Source of the DNA: Nostoc punctiforme PCC 73102
GTDB lineage: Bacteria; Cyanobacteriota; Cyanobacteriia; Cyanobacteriales; Nostocaceae
Direction of reading: 5' to 3'
Assembly (NCBI RefSeq): GCF_000020025.1
Contig: NC_010628.1
Span: 2,250,001 to 2,282,000 of the forward strand
Length of the DNA stretch: 32,000 nucleotides
The position numbers and the translations under genes are program-made. Within the stretch, counting starts at the first letter, position 1. Each line of letters opens with the position of its first letter. This document shows, one piece after another, positions 8,167 to 18,157 of this stretch. The notes below the pieces were generated by a model. The model did no database searches. It saw only the letters and a program-made list of their open reading frames with translations, and was not told the origin of the DNA.

Positions 8167-9114
8167 GGATGGGCGGACTCTGACTTAGGTTACGAAAGTT
8201 TACATATCCTACACTCATTTTAAGATAACCCTGTGCCAGCGCAAAGTTTTCATAAGACAATCCCATTTTTATCAGTCTATCGGTGATAAATAAGATTGAT
8301 AACGTATTTGTCAATAAGCAATTATGCTTAACTTTGGAGAAGTTTGAGTTTTCAATTAACTTAAAACATGACTCCTCAGTACAAGGGAACAAATACCAGC
8401 TTTAATTGTGTTAACTAGTTTATCAGTACACGTTTACCGCCACAGATCAAAGCAAAATTCAAGCAATATTACTTATTGACAAATGGGATATAATTTGGAT
8501 TTAGTTGTCAATGAATAAAACTAAATTTCTGCAGAACTGAAGTGTAGCTATTCAAAAAATTTGAAATTTAGCAGTTGAATGGGCTTCAAATTCAGGGTCG
8601 TTGTGTTACGCTAAAATATAGGAATTTTAAATTTTTCAGATATTCACACCCCAAAGTAGTTCACTTAGTAAGTGATTTTACTGGCTCGGTATCTGAGTCT
8701 AAAATAATTAATCGTAGCCTAGATTAAGGGAATAATACCTTTAATTTTTTCTACGATATGCAAAACTCCTGGTTTGGAGCTATGCTATATCCCTATGGGA
8801 AGCCGCTACACGTCTTCAGCGCACGTTGAGCGCTAGCATTGCTCTTTTCACAGCAGTGTGAGTAAAAATAACGCAGATCAAGTAGATCGCTGAGAATCGT
8901 GGTTTTAGATTGCTAAACGGTAATCTAACTGCTGTGGATCTATGGTCTGCAAGAAGTCTCATTAGACAATAAATTCTTTGTCCGTAGAGAATTTTATCTC
9001 TATAGGTAATTTTACCATAGGAAGCTACAGCAACCAAGTACATTACTTGGTTGGCTGAGGTTCTACTAAATTTTATGGAATTTTATATTCGTTTGAAACA
9101 GTGCTAGTAGAACA

Positions 9115-9312
9115 ATGATTTACGGAAGTATACCTATGATGATTTTTATTTTAGCGTCTGGATATTTGTTCACAGTCTACCTGTTATTGGCACTGGCAAA
9201 GCGAACGGGTACAAAGACTGTTCCTAAAAATTTTCCTTCATCTGCCGAAGGTAAACACAAGCAGGAGATATCGGTAAGGGCAAAAGTAGCTGAAGCTGTT
9301 AATAGTCAGTAG
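9115..9312 (+). CDS. small hypothetical membrane protein (one TM helix)
   Basis: 65-aa ORF with a hydrophobic N-terminal helix (IPMMIFILASGYLFTVYLLLALA) and a charged tail. There is no homology evidence. Confidence 0.3.
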   Translation: MIYGSIPMMIFILASGYLFTVYLLLALAKRTGTKTVPKNFPSSAEGKHKQEISVRAKVAEAVNSQ

Positions 9313-9533
9313 TTGGTAGTGAGGAGTTAGGAGTTATTAATCCAAAACTTTTAACTCGTAATACTGATTACATCTGAGGTTACTTGCGAACAAGGGGATT
9401 TTGCCCCTTGCCTCACTAGCTTGATCTGTAAAGTTTCACAAAGAATTGGTAGAAACCTCGTCTAGCTCGAAACCTGTGATTTTTCTGCCAAAAAATATAA
9501 AAAACATTAGAAATGCCCTTGGTCTAAATCGTT

Positions 9534-9623
9534 CTATTTGTTTGGGTCGTTTTTATCTTTTTTGTCCTTGGGATCTTTTTTAGGTTTTTTAACTTCTTTA
9601 TTACTTTTTCTTTCCTTCGACAT
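9534..9623 (-). CDS. possible 29-aa lysine-rich basic peptide
   Basis: Manual translation: MSKERKSNKEVKKPKKDPKDKKDKNDPNK. A GGAG lies 8 nt upstream of the ATG. It is too short for the ORF track. Confidence 0.25.
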   Translation of the reverse strand: MSKERKSNKEVKKPKKDPKDKKDKNDPNK

Positions 9624-9870
9624 TAGCGTTCTCCAACTAGGTTATTCAGTGAAAGCTTCCACGTTCTGCCGTCAGGAAATCAGGAGATGACTAACCTGAT
9701 ATTCTTTTAAGGCAAAAAAGAAAGTATCAAACATAAATGCTACTAACTACCATGATACGGTGTTGTTTGATTTAATGTAGCTTGAATAAATATTGCCAGA
9801 GGTTGACCAAATCTCATCAAGATTTAGGTTACGGAGGAGAATTTTCTTTCCTGGCAATGATAATCTAAGT

Positions 9871-11610
9871 AGGGCTTGCTGAAAAAGTCATAAAAAAGCA
9901 ATTCTTTTGGGTTGACTAGTTATTTAAGCAAGGTCAAAGATAAGTTTTTGTTGCCTATAGCTAGCAAAATCATAATGCTTGGTTATGTCAATCGCTAAAA
10001 AATGTCTATTTTTCCAAAATAGACATAAAAAGGCACAAAAAAACCGTGACAGGTGAGTAGAAAGATTCATGACTAAAAAAGTAATAGCAATCACAGTTAG
10101 AGTTGTATGAGGAAGTTTCGCCATTACTCTACTCAAGCTAAATCTTCTTTTAGCTTGTCCAAATTTGCCTTCAATACAATTACGAATCCTCTCATCTTGT
10201 AAAGCTTGCTTCTTTTTTTCTTTACTCACATTTTTTGGCGGTCTTCCTAAAGGAACTCCACTGATTCTAATACCTCTTTCTTTGCACCAAGATCGGTTTT
10301 CTCGCTTTGCGATAAATTTTATCAACATGAACAGATTCTGGATAATATCCAGTGTAGTTTTTAAAGGATTCTATTTGTGTTTTTAAGTCTCCTGATTCAT
10401 TAAAGTTATCCCATCTAATATGGTCTAAAAATGCATATCCATCAAAGTAACTAGCAGATAGTTTAGCGCCAAATTCCACGGCTTTACCCGCTTTTCCTCG
10501 GACAATTGGACGGATATGTGGTTGGCTTAAACTTACAATACGGTCATCAATGCTCTGCTTTTTATTTTCATACAGCCATAGTTGTTGACGATATACTTCT
10601 GCGACTACCAGCAACATCTTATATTGTCTATTAGTTAAACTTTTTAGAGATGCTCCTGCTACAATTAGCTGGTCAATATAGGATAAGTTTCTTTTAATAT
10701 ATTGGAGTTGTTTTTTAATCGCTTTTCTCCTCTCTTTTTGAGATACACGACGTTTTTTAGCTACTTCTAAGTAGTCTTTCCTAGCTATTTCTCGGTAAGT
10801 CCTTGGTTTTTTCTCTAATATTCCCTTTATCTGTTCATAAAGCAAGTCAATTATTCTTTCTGTCTGTTTTCTCGCTTGATTTAATAGGTTTAAATCTGTT
10901 GGATAGCTGATATCACTAGGCACACAAGTCGCATCTAATATTAATTTCCCTCGATTTCTTAGCGTATTACCTTGTTCTGCTGCTTTTTCTGTCGATAGCG
11001 CAGCGTTAGCGAGTTCGCGAGCGTCTTCTGTTTTTTTTCGGTGTCAATAGAAGATGCTAACTCTAGCATCTTCTTAACCATTTCTTGATTCACATTATTG
11101 ACTAGTTCTGCACTGATTCTTTCTCGAAAATGTACTAACATGGATGCGTCAAATGGAGTTTTGTTACTATAAGATGACATCCCTATAAAGTACTGTAAAT
11201 AAGGATTCTCCTTGATTTGCTCTACTGTTTCCCTGTCGCTTATACTTAGTTTCTCTTTAATTATTAATGCACCTAACGCCATCCGAAATGACTTTGCTGG
11301 TGCCCCTATCTCTGCGGAGAATCCGGCAGAATATTCCGACTCAAATTCTGTCCAGGGTATTAAATCGGCCATAATTATCCAACGATTATCTGATGATAAC
11401 TTTCCCTCAAATGGAAGCTCAAAACTTTCTGCTGGAATTGGAGTTGATTCTTCTTTTCAGTACATAGTTAATAATGATACACTATGCTGCGACGAACCAC
11501 TGTGATGCAAGGATTTTGGGCTATTTTACCTTCTTGTCTTGCACCTGAATATACTTCTTTGGTCTGAGAATCTAGAGACTGCAACCTTTTCTTTTTTTTC
11601 AGCAAGCCCT
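9871..11610 (-). mobile_element. IS5/IS1182-type insertion sequence (1740 bp) with 16-bp terminal inverted repeats and a 4-bp target duplication
   Basis: Left IR agggcttgctgaaaaa (9871-9886) pairs with right IR tttttcagcaagccct (11595-11610). Direct repeats AAGT flank it at 9867-9870 and 11611-11614. The inside is filled by transposase ORF fragments. Confidence 0.85.
9924..11465 (-). pseudogene. disrupted DDE transposase (InsH/DUF772-type N-terminus, IS5/IS1182-like C-terminus)
   Basis: Three ORF fragments (10959-11372, 10267-10923, 9924-10328). Family-typical motifs are ...DNRWIIMADLIPW..., GKLILDATCVPSDISYPTD, HVDKIY and CIEGKFGQAKRRF. The apparent original ATG at 11465 is followed by TGA at codon 3. 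There is a frame change at an A8 run (11031-11038) and another near 10300-10330. Confidence 0.75.
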
Positions 11611-11664
11611 AAGTAAATCGGCGTAAATAATTAAAAGTTTGCAGGGCTTACGCAAATAATAGCC

Positions 11665-11719
11665 AAAACCAGACGCGGTAGAAGTAATATCATGAATTGC
11701 CTCTACCGCGTCTGGTTTT
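11665..11719 (-). terminator. intrinsic terminator downstream of mreD (18-bp stem including A4/T4)
   Basis: aaaaccagacgcggtaga (11665-11682) pairs with tctaccgcgtctggtttt (11702-11719). It lies 28 nt after the mreD stop. Confidence 0.65.
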
Positions 11720-11746
11720 GCATAAATCCTATCCTAACTCCCTTGA

Positions 11747-12382
11747 CTATTGCTCCAACAATTTCATTCGTTGCCACCAACGATTAAGGGGATAATAAAC
11801 TACGGGTGCCCACAGACTACTAAGAATGGCAGAGGCGAGGGCGACACGCTGGTAATATGTCCAAATATCTGTTACTTTGCGCTCATTTCCTATTAAAGTT
11901 AATTGCAACCCAAAGATAGTTTCTGCCAAAACTGCCATCACAAAGACAATTACAGCAATTGAAATAAAGTCTTCTTCAATAAAACGCTGTTTCTGGAGTA
12001 GACCAGTTAAAATTCCCACGATTCCTAAACTGATGGCGTGAGTAGGGTTAGGTGCTGTCATGGAATCTTGAAGTAGCCCCAGAACTATACCTGCCAAGGC
12101 TCCAGCAAATACTGTGCGCTTCACACTCCAAGCTACCACCCAAATTAATAGCCAGTTAGGTCCAATTCCCAATAATTCCATACCTGGCAGGCGGGTTGGC
12201 AATAATAGTAAACATAACAGTACAGAACTAGCCGTCACTAACCAACTAAATAACTGCCGTACACCGGGATGCCAACGAGAAAGCGGCTGGATTCGGAATT
12301 TCGATTTTCGCTCTGACGATTTTGGCTTTTTCTGCCTGCTAATACCAAATGCAGGAATCTTCATTTTTCTATGGATTTTCAA
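11747..12382 (-). CDS. mreD: rod shape-determining protein MreD
   Basis: Polytopic membrane ORF directly after mreC (8-nt gap), the classic mreBCD order. The basic N-terminal extension means the true start could be internal. Confidence 0.8.
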   Translation of the reverse strand: MKIHRKMKIPAFGISRQKKPKSSERKSKFRIQPLSRWHPGVRQLFSWLVTASSVLLCLLLLPTRLPGMELLGIGPNWLLIWVVAWSVKRTVFAGALAGIVLGLLQDSMTAPNPTHAISLGIVGILTGLLQKQRFIEEDFISIAVIVFVMAVLAETIFGLQLTLIGNERKVTDIWTYYQRVALASAILSSLWAPVVYYPLNRWWQRMKLLEQ

Positions 12383-12390
12383 GGGAGAAT

Positions 12391-13200
12391 TTACTTAGAC
12401 TTTTGCGGCAGTTGATTTACCGACTTTTCATTTTCCGGCTCTTGGTTTTCTGGCTTTGGATAAACTGCTACCCAATCAAGAGAGCGGATTGGCGGAAAAA
12501 GCTCAATTTTCGCTACTGATGCTGGAAGTTTCTTTAAATCCAGCGACTTAATCCGTCCTACTGCCAACCCAGATGGAAATTTCTGACTATAGGTAGATGT
12601 GGAAACTAAATCTCCTATCTTGACATTTGGGACTTTTTCATAAAACTCCAGCACAGCTTCGGCAGAAGAATCTCCTCGCAAAACGCCTTTAGCTGCTGTG
12701 CGGCTAATTGATACACCAACTTGACTCTTGAGGTCACTGATTAACAACACGCGGCTAGTATTGGGAGTTACACTCTCCACCAAACCTACTAATCCGCCAT
12801 CAGCCTTGACTACAAAGCCTTCCTGAATCCCTGCATTCGCGCCGCGATTGAGAGTAACTTGTTGCCACCACTGGTCAGCACTACGTCCTACTACCCTGGC
12901 TGGAATTGGCCGTGATGCCAGTGGTTCTTTTTCCACATAGCCTAATAAATCTTGTAGCTTTGTCTTTTGACTTTCCAAATCTACTATACGGGTTTGCAAT
13001 TCTAATATCCGGGCATCTCTGATCCGTTCTTCTGGAGTTGGCCCTGACTGCAACATCTCTAATGGACGGGTAAGTGCCTGGTATGTCTCAAGCACCAATT
13101 CACCTTGAGTCTGTCGCAATACCCAAGCACTACCAACTACTAGAGCTAACAACCCAATTTGTAAGCCTTTACGATCCCACCAGCGCCGTATTGTAACCAT
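12391..13200 (-). CDS. mreC: rod shape-determining protein MreC
   Basis: 269 aa with an N-terminal TM anchor, a coiled-coil segment and a beta-barrel region carrying the GDLVSTS...FPSGLAVGRI motif. It sits between mreB and mreD. Confidence 0.9.
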   Translation of the reverse strand: MVTIRRWWDRKGLQIGLLALVVGSAWVLRQTQGELVLETYQALTRPLEMLQSGPTPEERIRDARILELQTRIVDLESQKTKLQDLLGYVEKEPLASRPIPARVVGRSADQWWQQVTLNRGANAGIQEGFVVKADGGLVGLVESVTPNTSRVLLISDLKSQVGVSISRTAAKGVLRGDSSAEAVLEFYEKVPNVKIGDLVSTSTYSQKFPSGLAVGRIKSLDLKKLPASVAKIELFPPIRSLDWVAVYPKPENQEPENEKSVNQLPQKSK

Positions 13201-13228
13201 ATATACCTTTATCTACTTATACAATTAA

Positions 13229-13281
13229 GTTCTATTTGGATTCTATTTATATAGAACCCAAATAGAACTCAAATAGAACTC
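13229..13281 (-). other. structured element in the mreB-mreC spacer (17-bp hairpin plus an 11-nt tandem duplicate of one arm)
   Basis: gttctatttgg-a-ttctat ttat atagaa-c-ccaaatagaac (13229-13268). aaatagaactc is directly repeated at 13260-13270 and 13271-13281. Confidence 0.5.
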
Positions 13282-13299
13282 AAGTATTATATTTTTTTG

Positions 13300-14343
13300 C
13301 TACATATTGCGAGAGCTTTCGGTAACAACCCGTTCTAGCTGTTTGAAGTTTTCTAACACCCGACCTGTTCCCAGCACAACACAACAGAGAGGGTCGGCGG
13401 CGATGTGAGTCACAATCCCCGTTTCATGACTAATTAAGGTATCTATGCCTTTGAGCAAAGCACCACCACCAGCTAACATAATCCCTCTGTCAATAATGTC
13501 TGCTGCTAGTTCTGGAGGTGTACGTTCCAGTGTCCGCTTCACAGCTTCTATAATTACTGATAGCGGTTCCAACATACTTTCACGGATTTCTGGGCCTTTG
13601 ATGGTTACAGTTCGTGGTAGACCAGAAAGCAGGTGTAAGCCTCGGATTTCCATCATGGCATCATTATCATCATGAGTAGGATAGGCAGAACCCATCCGAA
13701 TCTTGATGTCCTCGGCAGTACGTTCACCAATGACTAAGTTATGAACTTTCTTAATGTACTGAATGATTGAATCAGTCAGTTCATCTCCAGCAATGCGTAC
13801 TGATTCGCTGATTACCGTACCTTGAAGACTCAGCACTGCAACTTCTGTTGTCCCACCACCAATATCGATGATCATGTTGCCAGTTGCTTCGGCAACAGGT
13901 AGTCCTGCACCAATAGCCGCAGCTACAGGTTCATCGATTAAATAAACTTTTCTTGCTCCTGCTTGGTGAGCTGCATCCATCACAGCTCGCCTTTCTACTC
14001 CTGTGACACCACTGGGAATACCAATGACAATTCGGGGTAAAATTAGAGATTTGCCTTCATTTACACGCTGAATAAAGCTTTTCAGCATCAGCTCGGCTAT
14101 ATCGAAATCAGCGATTACACCATCACGCAAGGGGCGGAGGGCAATCACATTTCCAGGTGTGCGGCCGAGCATTTTTTTGGCTTCTTCTCCTACTGCTAGT
14201 GCTACCTTTTCGTTGACATCGATAGCAACTACAGAAGGCTCTTGCAGTACAATACCTTTACCAGATACATAAACCAGGGTGTTAGCAGTACCGAGGTCGA
14301 TACCCATATCCCACGATGTGCGAAAGTTCCTAAAAATACCCAC
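13300..14343 (-). CDS. mreB: rod shape-determining actin homologue MreB
   Basis: 347 aa with DLGTANTLVY, IDIGGGTTEVAV and LAGGGALL actin-fold ATPase motifs. Confidence 0.95.
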   Translation of the reverse strand: MGIFRNFRTSWDMGIDLGTANTLVYVSGKGIVLQEPSVVAIDVNEKVALAVGEEAKKMLGRTPGNVIALRPLRDGVIADFDIAELMLKSFIQRVNEGKSLILPRIVIGIPSGVTGVERRAVMDAAHQAGARKVYLIDEPVAAAIGAGLPVAEATGNMIIDIGGGTTEVAVLSLQGTVISESVRIAGDELTDSIIQYIKKVHNLVIGERTAEDIKIRMGSAYPTHDDNDAMMEIRGLHLLSGLPRTVTIKGPEIRESMLEPLSVIIEAVKRTLERTPPELAADIIDRGIMLAGGGALLKGIDTLISHETGIVTHIAADPLCCVVLGTGRVLENFKQLERVVTESSRNM

Positions 14344-14670
14344 GCTTCTCTAAGCCCCCTATGTGCGATACTTCTTGACTACAACGGTAAGAGTGGATTC
14401 GATTATGTTTGTATCCTGAGTTCAGCAAACTAAACTATATTTTTATATGATTCCCAGGAATATTTACTATGTCTCAGGCCCTTGTTTTTTGATATTCTCT
14501 GGTTCGCTTAGTATATCCGTATACTTTTATGTGTTTCTCCAAGTAGTTATGTATAATTTTTCAAGTCCACTATATTGTTAACTGTTTAACACATTATTTT
14601 CAAGTGTTTCACAATTCGCTATGATGAAAGTCGGAATTAACAAGTACACCTGTACTGAAAGGTAAAACCT

Positions 14671-15030
14671 ATGAGTATCAATATTGTCACCCTTGTTGGC
14701 CGTGTAGGCGGCGACCCAGATATAAAATATTTTGAGTCTGGTAGTGTTAAGTGTAGATTGACACTAGCGGTAAAAAGGCGATCGCGCAACAGCGACGAAC
14801 CTGACTGGTTCACTCTGGAATTATGGGATAAAACGGCTGAAGTAGCAGGTAATTATGTGCGTAAAGGCAGCTTAATTGGCATTAAAGGTTCCTTAAAGTT
14901 TGACACATGGAGCGATCGCCAAACAGGAGCAAACCGTTCTACACCAATTATTAGAGTAGACCAACTGGAATTATTAGGCTCTAAGCGCGATGGAGAGGGC
15001 GGTGGAGATATGTCTTCAGAACATTTTTAA
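14671..15030 (+). CDS. ssb: short single-stranded DNA-binding protein (OB fold with minimal tail)
   Basis: 119 aa. MSINIVTLVGRVGGDPDIKYF...WFTLELWDKTAE... is a typical SSB OB fold. The C-terminus is only GEGGGDMSSEHF. Confidence 0.9.
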   Translation: MSINIVTLVGRVGGDPDIKYFESGSVKCRLTLAVKRRSRNSDEPDWFTLELWDKTAEVAGNYVRKGSLIGIKGSLKFDTWSDRQTGANRSTPIIRVDQLELLGSKRDGEGGGDMSSEHF

Positions 15031-15141
15031 TTAATTGGGAATTGATTATTAGCCCTTTGCCCTCACAAATGACAAAGCGCAAAGTCTGAGCGCCGGCTTC
15101 CGGCGATCAGAACTTTGTAAGAGAGGACTAATGACAAATTA

Positions 15142-15909
15142 CTAATAACTAATTTGTAACGTCACCGATGCTTCTACTTCCTGTTCACCACCAACAACAG
15201 GAGTGGAAGAATCAGCTACCTTGGCAGCTTCAGCCCGTAAAAACATGGGTGGTGGAGGCGCACTAGCATTATTAACTTGAATGCTGACTATTTCTTTGGA
15301 TTTGAAACCCAAAGCACTGAAAACAGCATCAGCTTGCTGTCGGGCATCTTGGGTGGCTTCTTTTAATGCTTGTTTTTGAGCAGCTGCGATCGCTTCATCA
15401 TTCGCAACAAAACTAATACCATTAATTTGCGTTGCACCTGCTTTCACTGCATCATCTAATAATGTCCCAGCTTTCTCTGTGGGAATGCGAAAACTTACGG
15501 TGTTATTGGCAGCATAGCCTGTAATCCTTTGCACATTATTGGTGTAGCTGTAAACTGGATTCAGTCGGATACCAGTAGTTTGTAATTTTTCGACATTTTG
15601 GCTTTTGAGGAACGCAACTACAGCCGATGATTTCCGGGCGGCTTCTTGCTGTACCTCCTCTGCTGTTTTCCCCTGAATCTCCACTCCTAAGCTAACTTGC
15701 GCCAAGGTTGTAGGAATTGTTTCAACTCCACGACCACTGACACTAAGGGTTCGCCACATTTTCTCCTTTTCTTGCGCCAATGCAGGTAGTACAAAAGTTG
15801 CACATACCAACAGAGCTAAAGGCAGTATTTTCCACAAGTTTCCAGATGGAAACTGAGAACCGGGTAAAGCGGCTCTAGTCATAAAATTTGCACTCCTCAA
15901 AGTATCCAC
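15142..15909 (-). CDS. SIMPL/DUF541-domain secreted protein (BP26-like)
   Basis: 255 aa with a signal-like N-terminus. The body matches the SIMPL pattern (two alpha/beta halves, ...NPVYSY...GY...VSF...). Confidence 0.8.
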   Translation of the reverse strand: MDTLRSANFMTRAALPGSQFPSGNLWKILPLALLVCATFVLPALAQEKEKMWRTLSVSGRGVETIPTTLAQVSLGVEIQGKTAEEVQQEAARKSSAVVAFLKSQNVEKLQTTGIRLNPVYSYTNNVQRITGYAANNTVSFRIPTEKAGTLLDDAVKAGATQINGISFVANDEAIAAAQKQALKEATQDARQQADAVFSALGFKSKEIVSIQVNNASAPPPPMFLRAEAAKVADSSTPVVGGEQEVEASVTLQISY

Positions 15910-16258
15910 AGATGTTTTTAATAAGCGTATTTAGCAATCTTCTGGCGGCTGTTAAAAGTCAACAGTCACCACAAGTTTTCACAACTTAAGTGCGATCGCT
16001 AGATACGATTTGTATGTTCTTACTTTGACACTGCCATTGTCAAAAGCTGAAATGGTTACATTTTTTGAAACTAAAAAATTACACTAACATTTTTAAAGAT
16101 TTTGTCCTGATGGAAAATTAATTCACCGACTTTGACTTGCTGCGCCTTCCTAAACTGTTTGTAGTCAAGGCTTCCGAAGTTTTCTGATAGCGCTTGGTTA
16201 AGTAGACAAATGGCACAAATTAAGTTTTTGAACCTGCCAATATCGTCTCCACAGATAG

Positions 16259-17788
16259 ATGTTTTTCAGAAACACGTCAAAATCAAAGAGAAGGATTTTC
16301 ACAGAACCCATGCATTTGTTAGATCCAATTAACTTCTCTTTTCCTCTGCTGGCTACTGCAACAGAAGCCGCAGACAGTTCAATGGTAGTAGCCGCCGTGC
16401 TACTAAGCTTAGTAGTCGTTTACCTCGCCAGCAAAGTTGGTGGAGAGTTATCAAATAAAGTGGGTTTGCCGCCTGTTTTAGGGGAACTTGTAGGTGGTGT
16501 GGTAGTAGGCATCTCTGTTTTCCACCTTTTAGTGTTTCCAGAAGGCGGCACAGACAGTTCTAACTCTTTGATCGTGTCCTTCCTTCAAATCACTGCTGGT
16601 TTAACTCCTGAAGCTGCTCCAGCCGTCTTTGCAGCGCAGTCTGAGGTCATTTCTGTTTTAGCAGAATTGGGTGTGATCATCCTGCTGTTTGAAATCGGCT
16701 TGGAGTCGAACTTAAAAGACTTAATGGCAGTTGGTATCCAAGCCACCGTTGTAGCAGTAGTGGGGGTAGTAGTACCCTTTGCTGCTGGGACTGTGGGACT
16801 GATGACTTTATTTGGAATTGCTGCTGTACCCGCAATTTTTGCAGGGGCGGCTTTGACTGCCACTAGTATTGGGATTACTTCCAAGGTGCTGTCAGAGTTG
16901 GGGCGACTCAATTCTAAAGAAGGGCAGATTATTTTGGGTGCTGCTGTAATTGATGACGTACTGGGAATTATCGTTTTAGCGGTAGTTGCCAGCCTAGCTA
17001 AAGATGGCGTGGTAGATGTCAGCAAAGTTATTTATTTGATTATCAGCGCCACTGGTTTTATTTTGGGAGCAATCCTGTTAGGGAATGTTTTCAATAAATC
17101 CTTTGTAGCGATCGCCGATCAACTCAAAACACGGGGTGGACTGGTAATACCAGCATTCATCTTCGCCTTTGCTATGGCATACTTTGCCGCCGTCATCCAC
17201 TTAGAAGCGATTTTGGGAGCTTTTGCGGCTGGTTTAGTCCTAGAAGAGACAGAGAAGCGCAAAGAATTGCAAATGCAAGTCTGCCCTATTGCCGATATGT
17301 TAGTGCCAATTTTCTTTGTGACTGTTGGGGCAAAAACTGATTTGGGAGTGTTAAACCCAGCAATTCCCGATAATCGAGAAGGTTTAATTATGGCAACTTT
17401 CCTGATTACAGTAGCCATTCTCGGTAAAGTAATCACAGGCTTAAGCGTGTTTGGTCAACCGGAAATCAACCGTTTAGCGATCGGTGTGGGGATGATTCCC
17501 AGAGGGGAAGTTGGATTAGTGTTTGCTGGTGTCGGCGCAGTCAGTGGCGCTCTCTCGAAACCACTAGGGGCGGCAATCATTATGATGGTTATCTTGACAA
17601 CCTTTTTAGCTCCCCCTTTGTTACGATTTGTGTTCCCAGATCCAAAAACTGTAGATGCAGGCTCAGACCAACTGGTTTTAGATGGTTCCTCTGGAACCTC
17701 GTTGGTAATTGAACCACTTCAGTCAAGGATGCCAGTATCAAATGATAGTGGCAATTTGGAAGTCACTCCAGATTCTGGCGATCGCTAA
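16259..17788 (+). CDS. cation:proton antiporter (Na+/H+ exchanger family, CPA-type)
   Basis: 509 aa with about 11-13 Gly/Ala/Val-rich TM helices typical of the Na_H_Exchanger family and a soluble C-terminal tail. An alternative start is at 16309 (MHLLDP). Confidence 0.85.
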   Translation: MFFRNTSKSKRRIFTEPMHLLDPINFSFPLLATATEAADSSMVVAAVLLSLVVVYLASKVGGELSNKVGLPPVLGELVGGVVVGISVFHLLVFPEGGTDSSNSLIVSFLQITAGLTPEAAPAVFAAQSEVISVLAELGVIILLFEIGLESNLKDLMAVGIQATVVAVVGVVVPFAAGTVGLMTLFGIAAVPAIFAGAALTATSIGITSKVLSELGRLNSKEGQIILGAAVIDDVLGIIVLAVVASLAKDGVVDVSKVIYLIISATGFILGAILLGNVFNKSFVAIADQLKTRGGLVIPAFIFAFAMAYFAAVIHLEAILGAFAAGLVLEETEKRKELQMQVCPIADMLVPIFFVTVGAKTDLGVLNPAIPDNREGLIMATFLITVAILGKVITGLSVFGQPEINRLAIGVGMIPRGEVGLVFAGVGAVSGALSKPLGAAIIMMVILTTFLAPPLLRFVFPDPKTVDAGSDQLVLDGSSGTSLVIEPLQSRMPVSNDSGNLEVTPDSGDR

Positions 17789-18122
17789 TCAAAATTTTGG
17801 GTAAATTATTACTGAGTTCTGAGTGATTTTCCCTCGGAACTCAGCACTCTAAATTCAGTAAAATCACCATATTTTGAAGATTCTGCAATTATAAAGTGGA
17901 AACTTCTCTCTCCAAATTTCCGTCCCATCTGATTGTAGAATAATCGTCTGTTTATAATTTCTAACAGCATTCGGAATGTTATTTATTTCCAGTATCCCTA
18001 GGCTTGTGAGCCATTATCTGAATATTTTCCAGGTAATTGGAGAGTAACACCCATAATTTTTGCTAGATCGTTTGACAGTAATGGGAATTATCTACTTAGT
18101 GCATTGATGGCAAAAAACAAAA

Positions 18123-18157
18123 AACAGTTATCAGTGAACAGTTATCAGTTATTAGTT
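18123..18157. repeat. STRR-like tandem heptamer array (5 units)
   Basis: aacagtt atcagtg aacagtt atcagtt attagtt, intergenic upstream of amiC1. Confidence 0.6.

Noticed and set aside
8816-9043. 75-aa minus-strand ORF in the gene-poor region
   Set aside because: There is no ribosome-binding site and no motif, and the sequence looks unlike a protein. It was treated as non-coding.
16024-16044. Palindrome TTTGACA-N7-TGTCAAA between the SIMPL and antiporter genes (possible operator or back-to-back -35 boxes)
   Set aside because: It occurs only once. A plausible -10 (tgaaat) exists only for the plus direction, which is not enough evidence to call a regulatory site.
16585-17436. Antisense ORFs inside the antiporter gene (16585-17025, 17119-17436)
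   Set aside because: These are Ala/Thr/Pro-rich shadow ORFs typical of the reverse strand of a Gly/Ala/Val-rich membrane-protein gene.
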